A stretch of 64,000 nucleotides of DNA, taken from positions 41,267 to 105,266 of the forward strand of contig JAETNT010000005.1 of NCBI GenBank assembly GCA_021772025.1, read 5' to 3'. This DNA comes from Enterocloster bolteae (GTDB lineage Bacteria; Bacillota; Clostridia; Lachnospirales; Lachnospiraceae). Below are positions 8,497 to 17,810 of the stretch, in pieces. How positions within the stretch are numbered: the stretch's first letter is position 1; each line of letters starts with the position of its first letter. The translations under genes and the position numbers were made by a program. A model generated the notes under the pieces. The model had not been told where the DNA came from and ran no database searches. It worked only from the letters and a program-made list of their open reading frames with translations.

Positions 8497-9996
8497 ATGA
8501 GAGAGTGTGGAATGCTGCTTCCGGTATTCAGCCTGCCATCTAAGTACGGTATCGGCTCTTTTTCTAAGGAAGCTTACAAATTTGTAGACACCCTGCAGTC
8601 AGCAGGGCAGAAATACTGGCAGATATTGCCGTTGGGACCTACCGGTTACGGGGATTCCCCGTATCAGTCTTTTTCTGCCTTTGCAGGAAATCCGCTGCTG
8701 ATTGATTTAGAACAGCTGATTGAAAAAGGCCTTTTAACAAAAAAAGACTGTGATGAGACAGATTTCGGTAAGGATTTGCGGACAATCAACTATGATAAGG
8801 TTCACACCGGCAAAAGGCTTATGCTGAAAAAAGCCTATGAGAACTGGAAGAAAAAAGAAGGCGTTTTTGGGCCGGGGCAGGTCCATGAAAGGGCCAAGGC
8901 TTCCTTGATGGAGGATACCCTGGAATACTGCTTTTACATGGCGTTAAGGGAAGCTTTTCGGGATGTGGAGTGGAGCAAATGGGAGGAAGATATTCGTCTT
9001 CGTGTCCCGGAAGCCATGGACAAATATCGGAAAGAGCTGGAAGATGAAATAGGTTTTCATGAGTTTCAGCAGTTGGTTTTTATAGAACAATGGAGAAAAC
9101 TGAAAACTTATGCCAATGAGCGGGGGATCCGCATAATCGGGGATATTCCAATTTATGTCTCCTTTGACGGTGCTGATACATGGGCCCATCCGGAACTGTT
9201 TCAGTTTGATCATACAGGAACTCCCAAGGCAGTTGCAGGGTGCCCGCCGGATATATTTTCTGAGACTGGCCAGCTTTGGGGTAATCCTTTATATGATTGG
9301 GGTTATCACGAGAAAACCGGTTTTGGCTGGTGGATTCGCAGAGTAGATTATAGTTTTAAATTTTATGACGTGGTAAGAATCGATCATTTTAGAGGATTTG
9401 ACGAATATTATTCGATCCCTTATGGGGAGAAAACCGCTCTGAACGGACATTGGGAAAAGGGACCGGGAATGAAACTTTTTAACACTTTAAAAGGCTGGTT
9501 TAGAGAGCTTCCGGTTATTGCAGAGGATTTGGGTATTTTAACGCCAACAGTTTATGATCTTCTGGCGGCTACAGGTTTTCCGGGGATGAAAATATTGGAA
9601 TTTGCATTTGACGCAAGCGGTTCCAGTACCTATCTGCCTCATAATTATAAAGATCCCAACTGTGTAGTTTATACTGGAACTCATGATAACGATACGATTC
9701 GGGGCTGGTTTGAAAAGTTAGAAGGAGCGGATCTGCAGTTTACTACAGAATATTTGGACTTAAATAAAACGGAAGCTGCCCATGCCAATTGGAAATTTAT
9801 CCGTCTGGCTTTGTCCAGCATTGCGGATCTGGCAATTATTCCGGTGCAGGATTATCTGGGGCTGGATTCCAGCGCACGGATAAATGAGCCGGGTACGGTG
9901 GGAACAAACTGGAGATGGCGGATGATGGAAGGCGAGCTGACCAGGGAGATTGCTCAGAAGTGCCGCAGGATGGCAAGACTTTATGGCAGATATTAA
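8497..9996 (+). CDS. malQ: 4-alpha-glucanotransferase (amylomaltase, GH77)
   Basis: N-terminus MLLPVFSLPSKYGIGSF and GH77 blocks (GDIPIYVSFDGADTW, VVRIDHFRGF). RBS GGGGAGG. Confidence 0.9.
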   Translation: MRECGMLLPVFSLPSKYGIGSFSKEAYKFVDTLQSAGQKYWQILPLGPTGYGDSPYQSFSAFAGNPLLIDLEQLIEKGLLTKKDCDETDFGKDLRTINYDKVHTGKRLMLKKAYENWKKKEGVFGPGQVHERAKASLMEDTLEYCFYMALREAFRDVEWSKWEEDIRLRVPEAMDKYRKELEDEIGFHEFQQLVFIEQWRKLKTYANERGIRIIGDIPIYVSFDGADTWAHPELFQFDHTGTPKAVAGCPPDIFSETGQLWGNPLYDWGYHEKTGFGWWIRRVDYSFKFYDVVRIDHFRGFDEYYSIPYGEKTALNGHWEKGPGMKLFNTLKGWFRELPVIAEDLGILTPTVYDLLAATGFPGMKILEFAFDASGSSTYLPHNYKDPNCVVYTGTHDNDTIRGWFEKLEGADLQFTTEYLDLNKTEAAHANWKFIRLALSSIADLAIIPVQDYLGLDSSARINEPGTVGTNWRWRMMEGELTREIAQKCRRMARLYGRY

Positions 9997-10056
9997 TGAG
10001 GTATAAAGAAATAGAGAAATCGTCTTACTGACAGAATTTTATATAAGTGCAAACAT

Positions 10057-10098
10057 AAAAAGCGGATGCGGCAAACTTTTGCACGGCATCCGCTTTTG
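10057..10098. terminator. Bidirectional terminator after malQ
   Basis: AAAAGCGGATGC...GCATCCGCTTTT hairpin. Confidence 0.75.
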
Positions 10099-10125
10099 AA
10101 CGTCTATGGCTGAGAGCATAAAAGC

Positions 10126-10929
10126 TTACTGGGAGATTGTAATGGCAGGTGCCTGAGACTCTGTACTCCCCGCCTGAGAGGCTCCGGCTCCCGGCTCTGC
10201 TGCTCCTGCACTGTCTGCAGCAGAGCCGGTAATGGTCATATCGCTGGAAGTAGTGTTAAAATTAGCTTGAGTAGCATTACCGCACATATCTGCGGCATAA
10301 ACCGTAAGTCCGGTGGCATCAATCTCAAAGGAAACTCTGTTATTGATTTTATCAATAGTGGGAGGCACTGGAGTTCCCATGGAAGTGGTGGCGGAAATGG
10401 AAGTAAAATCCACACCAGACTGGCTGTCCTCAATGGTAAAGGTCAGAATATTGTCTTCAATAGTAAAACCTTCACCAATAGAAGGAGGAAGCTCGTCTAA
10501 AATGTCCACCGGTTCGTAGGAAGCGGTAATCATGCCGTTGATGCATGCGACAGTGACCTCAATAACGCCATTTTTATCAATGGCGGCAGTATATTTTCCG
10601 CGTCCTGCTTCTTCAAGCTCTAAAGGAACCGACTCCTGGGTTGTCACCATGCTTTTAATAGGAAGAAGGGACTTTACAGTAATGGAAACGGAAGTGGTCT
10701 TGTAGTCCTTGGTATTGCCTACGACAATTTCGACTTTTGGCTTAGCGGTTAAAAGGAAAAAGAGCAGGCCGTTAAAGACAATAAAGGGGATTATATAAAA
10801 AAGAAGGACATGAAGAAAATCATCCTGCTTTTTTGGAGTCTTATAGCCGTAACGGGGGGTTGATGTACGGCGTACATTGCGCTGTTCCATAGTGGGTACC
10901 TCCTGCAATTGATTTTTGACCTTAAGCAT
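10126..10929 (-). CDS. Hypothetical single-pass membrane protein with beta-rich extracellular domain and Ser/Ala/Gly-rich tail
   Basis: Basic cytoplasmic N-terminus, TM helix LHVLLFYIIPFIVFNGLLFFLLTA, C-terminal low-complexity SAADSAGAAEPGAGASQAGS. No recognisable domain. Confidence 0.5.
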   Translation of the reverse strand: MLKVKNQLQEVPTMEQRNVRRTSTPRYGYKTPKKQDDFLHVLLFYIIPFIVFNGLLFFLLTAKPKVEIVVGNTKDYKTTSVSITVKSLLPIKSMVTTQESVPLELEEAGRGKYTAAIDKNGVIEVTVACINGMITASYEPVDILDELPPSIGEGFTIEDNILTFTIEDSQSGVDFTSISATTSMGTPVPPTIDKINNRVSFEIDATGLTVYAADMCGNATQANFNTTSSDMTITGSAADSAGAAEPGAGASQAGSTESQAPAITISQ

Positions 10930-11031
10930 AACAGAAAATAAACCAACTTACAAGATTAACTTCTAAAATCTGTTGGAATGTGTTATGATTAAACTGTCTG
11001 TAAACGAAATACCAAGTCAAGGAGGAATCCC

Positions 11032-11580
11032 ATGATCAGAAAAGCAGCATTATTTGCGGCAAAGGCTCATGAAGGGGCAGTTAGAAAGGGTTCCAACATT
11101 CCCTATATCACTCATCCCATGGAAACAGCAGTCATTGTCTCCATGATGACAGATGATGAGGAAGTGATTGCAGCGGCATTGCTCCACGACGTTATAGAGG
11201 ACGCAGGAGTCAGTGAGGACAAGATTCGGGAACAGTTTGGCGACAGAGTAGCCTGGCTGGTGTCGAAAGAGAGCGAGGACAAGTCCCGTACTTGGGAGGA
11301 ACGAAAAGCTACTACGATAAAGAAACTGGAGACAGCAGAGAGGGATTCCAAGATACTGGCTTTGGGAGATAAATTGAGTAATTTGAGATGCACCGCCAGG
11401 GATTACATGCAGATAGGAGATAAAGTATGGGAACGCTTCCATCAAAAAGATCCGAAAATGCAGTGTTGGTATTATACAGGAGTTCTGAAACAGCTTGGAG
11501 AGCTGGCAGAGTTTCCGGCTTATCAGGAATATACGCTTCTCTGCGGTTTTGTTTTCGGCAGAAGGGAATATGAAATATAG
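11032..11580 (+). CDS. HD-domain phosphohydrolase (RelA/SpoT-type HD fold)
   Basis: H...HPMETAVIV...AALLHDVIEDAG is an HD motif resembling (p)ppGpp-hydrolase-type HD domains. RBS AAGGAGG. Confidence 0.65.
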   Translation: MIRKAALFAAKAHEGAVRKGSNIPYITHPMETAVIVSMMTDDEEVIAAALLHDVIEDAGVSEDKIREQFGDRVAWLVSKESEDKSRTWEERKATTIKKLETAERDSKILALGDKLSNLRCTARDYMQIGDKVWERFHQKDPKMQCWYYTGVLKQLGELAEFPAYQEYTLLCGFVFGRREYEI

Positions 11581-11602
11581 ATGATATAAGAGGTGATTCA
11601 AT

Positions 11603-12922
11603 ATGAGGGGAATATGGCGAAAAATAAGAAAAGCAGCAATAGTGTTTGCGGCAGCAGGCTCGATCTGGCTGGTTTCACCATTCACAGCAATGGCTGAGCA
11701 GCAGACCGGACCGGGAATTGAGTTGGAACAGAAGAACGAGGAAGGGCAGGTATCGGAGAACGAGCTGCAAGGGCAGGCTCAGGAGGGCGTAGAAATGGAG
11801 AATCAGGAGCAGCTCCGGACAGAGGAGCTTCCGGAACTTAAGACCGTCTGTCAAATATTTATGGCTGGCAGCGGATGGAGCGAGGAATATGGCGATAATT
11901 TTGAATGTGCCAAAGCCGGGGACTATCCGACGGCTATAAAAGCAACCCTTCAAGGACAACCGGAAGGAATGAGCGGAACTTTAACTTATCAGGTAAACGT
12001 CAGCGGGGCAGGCTGGCAGCCCTGGGTGGAAAATATGACGGAAACCGGTAGCACAGAAGCCGGAGCTGCTTTGGAAGCTGTCAGGATGGAACTGACAGGA
12101 GAATTGAAAGAAAACTATGACATTTATTATATGGTATATCAAAACGGAGCCTGGACGGACTGGGCGGCTAACGGAAGTCCTGCAGGTCAGGAAGGAGTGG
12201 GCCTGAGAGCGGACGGAATCCGGATGTCTATAATAAAAAAAGGCCAGGAGCCGCCGGCAGAACCGGAAAAGCTTCCCGGGGCGATTCTGCCGGCAGGAGT
12301 GGATCCCAACCGTCCTATGGTAGCGCTGACCTTTGATGACGGTCCCAAGGCATCTGTTACAAACCGGATACTTAATAGTTTGGAGGCCTGCGGCGGAAGG
12401 GCAACCTTTTTTATGGTGGGGACGAACATAAACAAGGGGACCGCCCCTACAATTCAGCGGATGATTTCTCTGAACTGTGAGGTGGCGAATCATACTGATA
12501 GCCATAAGTATTTAAGCAAGATTGGAGCCCAAGGAATTGTTTCACAGGTTCAGGCGGTAAATCAGAAACTTCAGAACGTTTGCGGAGTGGAACCCAAATT
12601 GGTGCGGCCTCCGGGAGGATACTATGATAAGGCATCTCTGAACGTGCTGGGAACGATGGGAATGCCCGCCATTATGTGGTCAATTGATACCAGAGACTGG
12701 CAGCACAAAAACCCATCCAGAACTATCAGCAGCGTTTTGGATCATGTAAAGGACGGAGATATTATTCTTATGCATGATATATATGGAACGACTGCCGATG
12801 CAGCCGAGGTGATTATTCCGGAACTAGTAAGAAGAGGATATCAATTAGTAACAGTCAGCGAACTTGGCGCCTACCGGGGAGGCATCACGGGAGGGCAGGT
12901 ATATAGCCGCTTCTACAAATAA
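11603..12922 (+). CDS. Secreted polysaccharide deacetylase (NodB/CE4 domain) with N-terminal unknown domain
   Basis: Signal peptide, then CE4 motifs VALTFDDGP, ANHTDSHKYL, LVRPPGGYYD and IILMHD. Confidence 0.8.
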   Translation: MRGIWRKIRKAAIVFAAAGSIWLVSPFTAMAEQQTGPGIELEQKNEEGQVSENELQGQAQEGVEMENQEQLRTEELPELKTVCQIFMAGSGWSEEYGDNFECAKAGDYPTAIKATLQGQPEGMSGTLTYQVNVSGAGWQPWVENMTETGSTEAGAALEAVRMELTGELKENYDIYYMVYQNGAWTDWAANGSPAGQEGVGLRADGIRMSIIKKGQEPPAEPEKLPGAILPAGVDPNRPMVALTFDDGPKASVTNRILNSLEACGGRATFFMVGTNINKGTAPTIQRMISLNCEVANHTDSHKYLSKIGAQGIVSQVQAVNQKLQNVCGVEPKLVRPPGGYYDKASLNVLGTMGMPAIMWSIDTRDWQHKNPSRTISSVLDHVKDGDIILMHDIYGTTADAAEVIIPELVRRGYQLVTVSELGAYRGGITGGQVYSRFYK

Positions 12923-12960
12923 ATACCTTCCCCATTGAAAGGAAAGGTTTCAGGGCACTA

Positions 12961-13016
12961 AAAGGGAATGGGTAAAATGAAAGTAAAAAGTTCATTTTGT
13001 CCATTCCTTTTCTATT
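12961..13016 (+). terminator. Nested stem-loop terminator after the deacetylase gene
   Basis: AAAGGGAATGG...CCATTCCTTTT outer stem encloses a perfect inner hairpin AAAATGAA-9-TTCATTTT, followed by TTTTCT. Confidence 0.55.
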
Positions 13017-13302
13017 CTCCCAAAAATCAAGTAAAAAGGTGATTATCCCTGCAAAGCATTTTCCCGCATTTCTTGAGGATTGCAACCCCTATTTACTACT
13101 AAGGATTATGAGCCGAAAGCAGGCGACAATAGAAATCTGCTCCCTTGTTATTCATCTGGCTTACATATTTTTCATAAAAGTAATGATAAATAAGAAAATG
13201 CCACGTAAAGTAGCAGAAAAAGCCGATATGTAATCTCTGCTTGCTTGTAATATAAAATACGCTTTCCTATACTGGGCATATCAAAATAAGGAGGTTATGA
13301 AC

Positions 13303-14190
13303 ATGACATTTGCAGAAAAATTGAAATCCATCCGCAAGCAGGCAGGAATGTCGCAGGAGCAGTTGGCGGAGAAGCTCGGCGTATCAAGGCAGGCGGTTAC
13401 GAAATGGGAAACGGAAGCAGGCATTCCCGACATCGAAAACATCATGGCCATTTCCGCACTGTTTGACATTTCCATTGACGAACTGCTTTCAAACAAAAGA
13501 AGGACGAAGAAGCCGGCGGACTATCTTTACGAGAGTATTACAGAGTACGATATTGACGGACAGAAACGCTATGACATGAAGTTTGGAGGGGCAAAACAAT
13601 TCTTACTATCGGGTTATCATGGTGAAAAAATCCGTGTCCGTCTGGCTTCCAACACCCTCGCCACACTTCAGAACGATTTTAAGGTGAAGATAGATGACAT
13701 TCGAAAGCGGATTGACGTGGATGTAAAACGCAGGAACGGCGTATCCGAAGCATCAGCAAAGGAAGCGGTCAGCATCTTCGTCCAACTTCCATCAATATAT
13801 ATCGGAAAAATTGAATGTGCGGTTAATGCGGAAACCGTAGAAATCCGTTCTCTGGAATGTGACAACATAGAGCTTAATGTAAAGACTCCGAATATCATTC
13901 TTGAGGACATTTCTGGAACGGTGGAGATAGACTGTAATCTTGATATGGAAGTAGTCTGTCATTCTTTAAGGGGGGAAATTGCAATCAATCAAGTGTCGGC
14001 AACCTCAAAAATCCATATTCCAGAAGATACCGTCTTTACTGCCGTTACAAAGGGCATCGGAACAAGCATCTCTTATGAAAAAGATAGGCGGCAGGCGGAA
14101 CGGTTTGATACGCCCGATGCAGAAAATATCATTGAGCTGAACGGTATCAAGAGCGAGCTTGTTATCTGTATGGATAGAGAAAGGAGCTAA
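13303..14190 (+). CDS. XRE-family HTH transcriptional regulator fused to DUF4097-like beta-repeat C-terminal domain
   Basis: Cro/C1-type HTH (MSQEQLAEKLGVSRQAVTKWETEAGIPDIENIMAISALFDISIDELL), then a beta-strand-repeat domain. ATG 8 nt after AAGGAGG; the in-frame ATG at 13297 is too close to the RBS. Confidence 0.7.
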   Translation: MTFAEKLKSIRKQAGMSQEQLAEKLGVSRQAVTKWETEAGIPDIENIMAISALFDISIDELLSNKRRTKKPADYLYESITEYDIDGQKRYDMKFGGAKQFLLSGYHGEKIRVRLASNTLATLQNDFKVKIDDIRKRIDVDVKRRNGVSEASAKEAVSIFVQLPSIYIGKIECAVNAETVEIRSLECDNIELNVKTPNIILEDISGTVEIDCNLDMEVVCHSLRGEIAINQVSATSKIHIPEDTVFTAVTKGIGTSISYEKDRRQAERFDTPDAENIIELNGIKSELVICMDRERS

Positions 14191-14196
14191 TTTTTT

Positions 14197-14448
14197 CTGA
14201 AACTAACCGTTTGGAATAGGTTTATCGAACCAATTAGCCTTGAAAAACATCTTGATGGCATTGAGCTTGTTGTGGTTGGCGGCGAATCGGACAGAAACGC
14301 CCGCCCTCTTGATTACGATTGGGTATTGGATATTAGAGAGCAATGTATTCGGAAAAAGGTCAAATTTGAGTTTTGCCAATGTGGTACATACCGCCGGATT
14401 TTTTTCGACAAAAGCAGACCTTGCAAACTAGACTGTGCCGGGCTATAA
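14197..14448 (+). pseudogene. 3' remnant of a DUF5131 (phage Gp37/Gp68-like) gene; no start codon or N-terminal region
   Basis: Frame +1 reads TVWNRFIEPISLEKHLDGIELVVVGGESDRNARPLDYDWVLDIREQCIRKKVKFEFCQCG, resembling the C-terminal block of DUF5131 proteins (LDGIDWVIVGGESGPGARP...DWVRSIRDQC...FFFKQWG). The listed ORF 14240..14431 is a different frame. Confidence 0.4.
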
Positions 14449-14569
14449 TACAACTTACTTACCATCTTAGAGTTCTCATGCAATGTTCAAAATGGGTGTA
14501 ATAGCATATCGGCCGACTGCAGCAGCATATTAACAGGTACGTTCCTGCATATTCCAGGATTTAAAAGGT

Positions 14570-15670
14570 GTGATAATGATTATAAAGAAAATGATTTTTT
14601 GGGGAATATGGGCTTTTATTTTGAGCCTTTTACTTCCAATCCGCATTGAGGCGGATACGCAAAAACTATCACCTGAGGAACCGCGGGTAGGCTTTGTCAC
14701 GGCCTCTTATATCTCAAGGACGGAATTATGGAGAAACAATGCTAAAACAGTATACGAAGACGAAGACTGGCCGGATATCACACGAATTATAGAATACGAA
14801 GGAGTGGAAGCTCAGACAGATATTCCGCAGGAGGTGGGCGGGGAGGCTTGGAGCCCAGAGCTGGAGACGGCAGGCCGCGGAAGTCTGGTTCTTACAGAAT
14901 TGAGAGAGTTGTCCAATGAGGACGGCAGTGCGAGAAGCCGGTGGCAGGATGACTTTTCCATGGTGGTTACTTTCCGGGATTATGGGGCAGAGACTTATGA
15001 ACTCAATGGAAAACGGATTTCACATCAGGAAGAAAGCCCGCCTCTTTGGGGAAGTGAAGAGGCTCTTTTGGGGCTGATAGGGGGAAGTACATCAGATTAC
15101 CAAATTACAGAGATAGAATGGCTGGGAGAGAGGTATACAGATGATTTTGGTATCTTATATCGGAACGCCAGAGTAACCGGGCTGCGTAAGGTCTCCGATT
15201 ATCGGGCGGTATATCAAGGGAAGGCAATCGCTCCCAGGATACTCCAGACAACGGAAAGAGAACAGAAAAACGTGGAAAGGGAAAAAGAGCCGGAAGAGTC
15301 CGAACCGAAAGAATTGGAACAGGAGAATGACGCTTTGGAAACTTTATTTTACGATGGGATGTCTGAGACAAAGCAGGGTCCTATTGCTGAAACAATATCC
15401 TATCAGGAGGAAAGCCTGCCGGACTCCTGCCTGCCTGAGGCAGCTTTGGACGGTGAATCCATGGGGCAGCCTTCACAAAATCTTTCTTTTGTTTCCGTCA
15501 AAAATGATTTAATCCGGTTATCCAAAAAGCTTGAGAGCTGGATTTACGAAAGACTGTCCATTTATATTCCGATACCCCTGATTTTGGGGACAGGAATGGT
15601 TTTTGGATCGGCGATTGCCTTTTGGAGGATTCGGGCAATAGACCGCCGTAAAGATAAGAATTCCTTGTGA
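14570..15670 (+). CDS. Hypothetical exported protein with N-terminal signal peptide and C-terminal TM anchor
   Basis: Signal peptide FWGIWAFILSLLLPIRIEA and C-terminal TM IPLILGTGMVFGSAIAFW, with an acidic Glu-rich linker. No recognisable domain. Confidence 0.5.
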   Translation: MIMIIKKMIFWGIWAFILSLLLPIRIEADTQKLSPEEPRVGFVTASYISRTELWRNNAKTVYEDEDWPDITRIIEYEGVEAQTDIPQEVGGEAWSPELETAGRGSLVLTELRELSNEDGSARSRWQDDFSMVVTFRDYGAETYELNGKRISHQEESPPLWGSEEALLGLIGGSTSDYQITEIEWLGERYTDDFGILYRNARVTGLRKVSDYRAVYQGKAIAPRILQTTEREQKNVEREKEPEESEPKELEQENDALETLFYDGMSETKQGPIAETISYQEESLPDSCLPEAALDGESMGQPSQNLSFVSVKNDLIRLSKKLESWIYERLSIYIPIPLILGTGMVFGSAIAFWRIRAIDRRKDKNSL

Positions 15671-15732
15671 AACCGTAGAGAATCCGGTATAATATAAGAT
15701 ATTTGAAAATATTATCCAAGGAGGAGCTCTAT

Positions 15733-16569
15733 ATGAACAATCCAGTATATGATAAGTTAGTAAAATGCTATGAGAGTATCAAGGCTCAAATTCCTTTTAC
15801 CCCTAAGGTAGCCTTGGTTTTAGGATCCGGCTTGGGAGACTTTGCAGATGGAATAGAGACTGAGGCCAGCATAGACTATAATTCCATTGAGGGATTTCCG
15901 GTATCTACTGTGCCGGGACATAAGGGCCGTTTTATTTTTGGCCATGTAAATGGGGTACCGGCTGTTATTATGCAGGGCCGAGTTCATTATTACGAAGGAT
16001 ATGCCATGTCTGATGTGGTGCTTCCGGTTCGCCTGATGAAGATGATGGGAGCGAAAATCCTGTTTTTAACCAATGCTGCAGGAGGCGTAAATTATGACTT
16101 TTCTGCAGGAGATTTTATGATTATCCGGGATCAGATTGCCTGCCTGGTTCCTTCCCCCTTAATCGGAGCCAATTTGGATGAATTAGGCCCCCGTTTCCCG
16201 GATATGAGCCAGATTTATGACAATGATCTGCGGCAGATTATCAAAGAGTGTGCGGCTAAAAGAGGAATCAAAGTACAGGAAGGCGTATACGTCCAGTTTA
16301 CCGGACCGGCCTATGAATCACCGCAGGAGGTAAAGATGAGCCGAATAATAGGTGGTGACGCAGTAGGAATGAGTACCGCTTGCGAAGCGATTGCCGCAAA
16401 CCATATGGGAATGAAAATCTGCGGGATTTCCTGTATTTCCAACCTTGCTTGTGGAATGACTGCTCAGCCTCTCAGTCACAAGGAAGTTCAGGAAGTAGCA
16501 GATAGGGTATCGCCGCTATTTAAACAATTGGTTACAGATTCCATTACCGCTTTTGGCGAATTGGATTAG
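15733..16569 (+). CDS. punA: Purine nucleoside phosphorylase (PunA/PNP-I family)
   Basis: LVLGSGLGDFAD, VPGHKGRFIFG and LFLTNAAGGVN are PNP family-I hallmarks. ATG 9 nt after AAGGAGG. Confidence 0.85.
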   Translation: MNNPVYDKLVKCYESIKAQIPFTPKVALVLGSGLGDFADGIETEASIDYNSIEGFPVSTVPGHKGRFIFGHVNGVPAVIMQGRVHYYEGYAMSDVVLPVRLMKMMGAKILFLTNAAGGVNYDFSAGDFMIIRDQIACLVPSPLIGANLDELGPRFPDMSQIYDNDLRQIIKECAAKRGIKVQEGVYVQFTGPAYESPQEVKMSRIIGGDAVGMSTACEAIAANHMGMKICGISCISNLACGMTAQPLSHKEVQEVADRVSPLFKQLVTDSITAFGELD

Positions 16570-16793
16570 AAAAAACGTGTAAAAAGAAAAACTTAAGATT
16601 TCCCCTCGTATTTATTAATGAAAAAGCAATGGTATTGAGCCGGGAAATGTAGTACAATATGGCGTATCACCACCAGAAGGCGATGCAATGATTTGGTGGG
16701 GCATGTTTTATTCTGTGCCCGGCTTGTTACATGAAGGTAACCATTCAGGGATGGTATTTTCTTGCGTGACTGTGCCGGACAAATAATAAATAG

Positions 16794-17654
16794 ATGAGGA
16801 GAAAGATTATGATGAAAAGAAAATATTTTTTGACAATGGCAGCGATAATGGTAATTGCAATGGGGGCAACCGCATGTTCCTACGGATCTAAGGAGACAAC
16901 TACAGCCGCCGCCGTTGAGGCTACAGCTGAGACTGAAACAAGTAAGGAAGAGACAACAGCCGAGGAGACAGAAGCTGAGAAAGAAGAGGATTACCTGGAC
17001 GGTACGATAATGGCCGTGGATGATACCGCAATGACCATTAAGTCCGATGAAGATGCAGAGGTAATCTTTGACATTACTAATGCAACTGTAAATAGCAACT
17101 TCCCATTAGGAGAAGGCGATGAGGTTTCTGTTCTTTACTATGTAGATGAGGCGGCAAAGAAGCAGGAAGCTGTGGAGATCGATGTAAACTATTCTGTTGC
17201 AGAGGAAAATTACGAAGGCGATCCCATAATGACCGGAATTGTGGAAAATGTGGGAGAGGACACCATTACCTTAAAGGATGCTTCTGATGATCAGAGCTAT
17301 ATTTTCTCTACAGCCATAGCGCAGATGGTTACCGGAGAAAATAAAATTGCAGCAGGTGATGAGGTTCAGATTACCTATTTAGGCGAAGCAGGAGACGAAG
17401 AATATCCGGGACTGGCTGTAAAGGTAGTAACTTCTGATATGTATGACAGCGATGAGGCTAAGATCAATACTCTAAGTGGAGTTGCCGCTTCTTTGGGGGA
17501 GGGTACATTAGACTTAGAGACTGCGGACGGTAACATCTTTAATTTCGTGGAAGCTGGCGCTGACTTCTCTATGACCAGCGAAGGGGATAAGGTTACTATT
17601 ATTTATGAAGGCAGCTTAGAAGAGCATGAAATTAAAGCTGTGGGAATGGAATAA
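16794..17654 (+). CDS. Acidic lipoprotein with three tandem ~60-aa beta repeats
   Basis: Lipobox MGATAC|S after a signal peptide. Very acidic (Glu/Asp-rich), with a three-fold internal repeat pattern. Confidence 0.6.
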   Translation: MRRKIMMKRKYFLTMAAIMVIAMGATACSYGSKETTTAAAVEATAETETSKEETTAEETEAEKEEDYLDGTIMAVDDTAMTIKSDEDAEVIFDITNATVNSNFPLGEGDEVSVLYYVDEAAKKQEAVEIDVNYSVAEENYEGDPIMTGIVENVGEDTITLKDASDDQSYIFSTAIAQMVTGENKIAAGDEVQITYLGEAGDEEYPGLAVKVVTSDMYDSDEAKINTLSGVAASLGEGTLDLETADGNIFNFVEAGADFSMTSEGDKVTIIYEGSLEEHEIKAVGME

Positions 17655-17810
17655 AAAATTCAGAGCAAACAGTAAAACAAGGGGTTGCCTTAAAAGCAGC
17701 CCCTATTTTTTTGTCCAAAGAAACCTTTACATTATTAAGAAACTAGTGTTATACTATTTTCCATGCCAAAATGTAAGAGTTCAGATGTGAAAATACATGG
17801 AGAGAATAGA

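Noticed and set aside
14240-14431. 63-aa ORF starting with TTG (MKNILMALSLLW...)
   Set aside because: This is the wrong frame. The adjacent +1 frame gives a clear DUF5131-like peptide, so the listed ORF is an overlapping artefact of the pseudogene.
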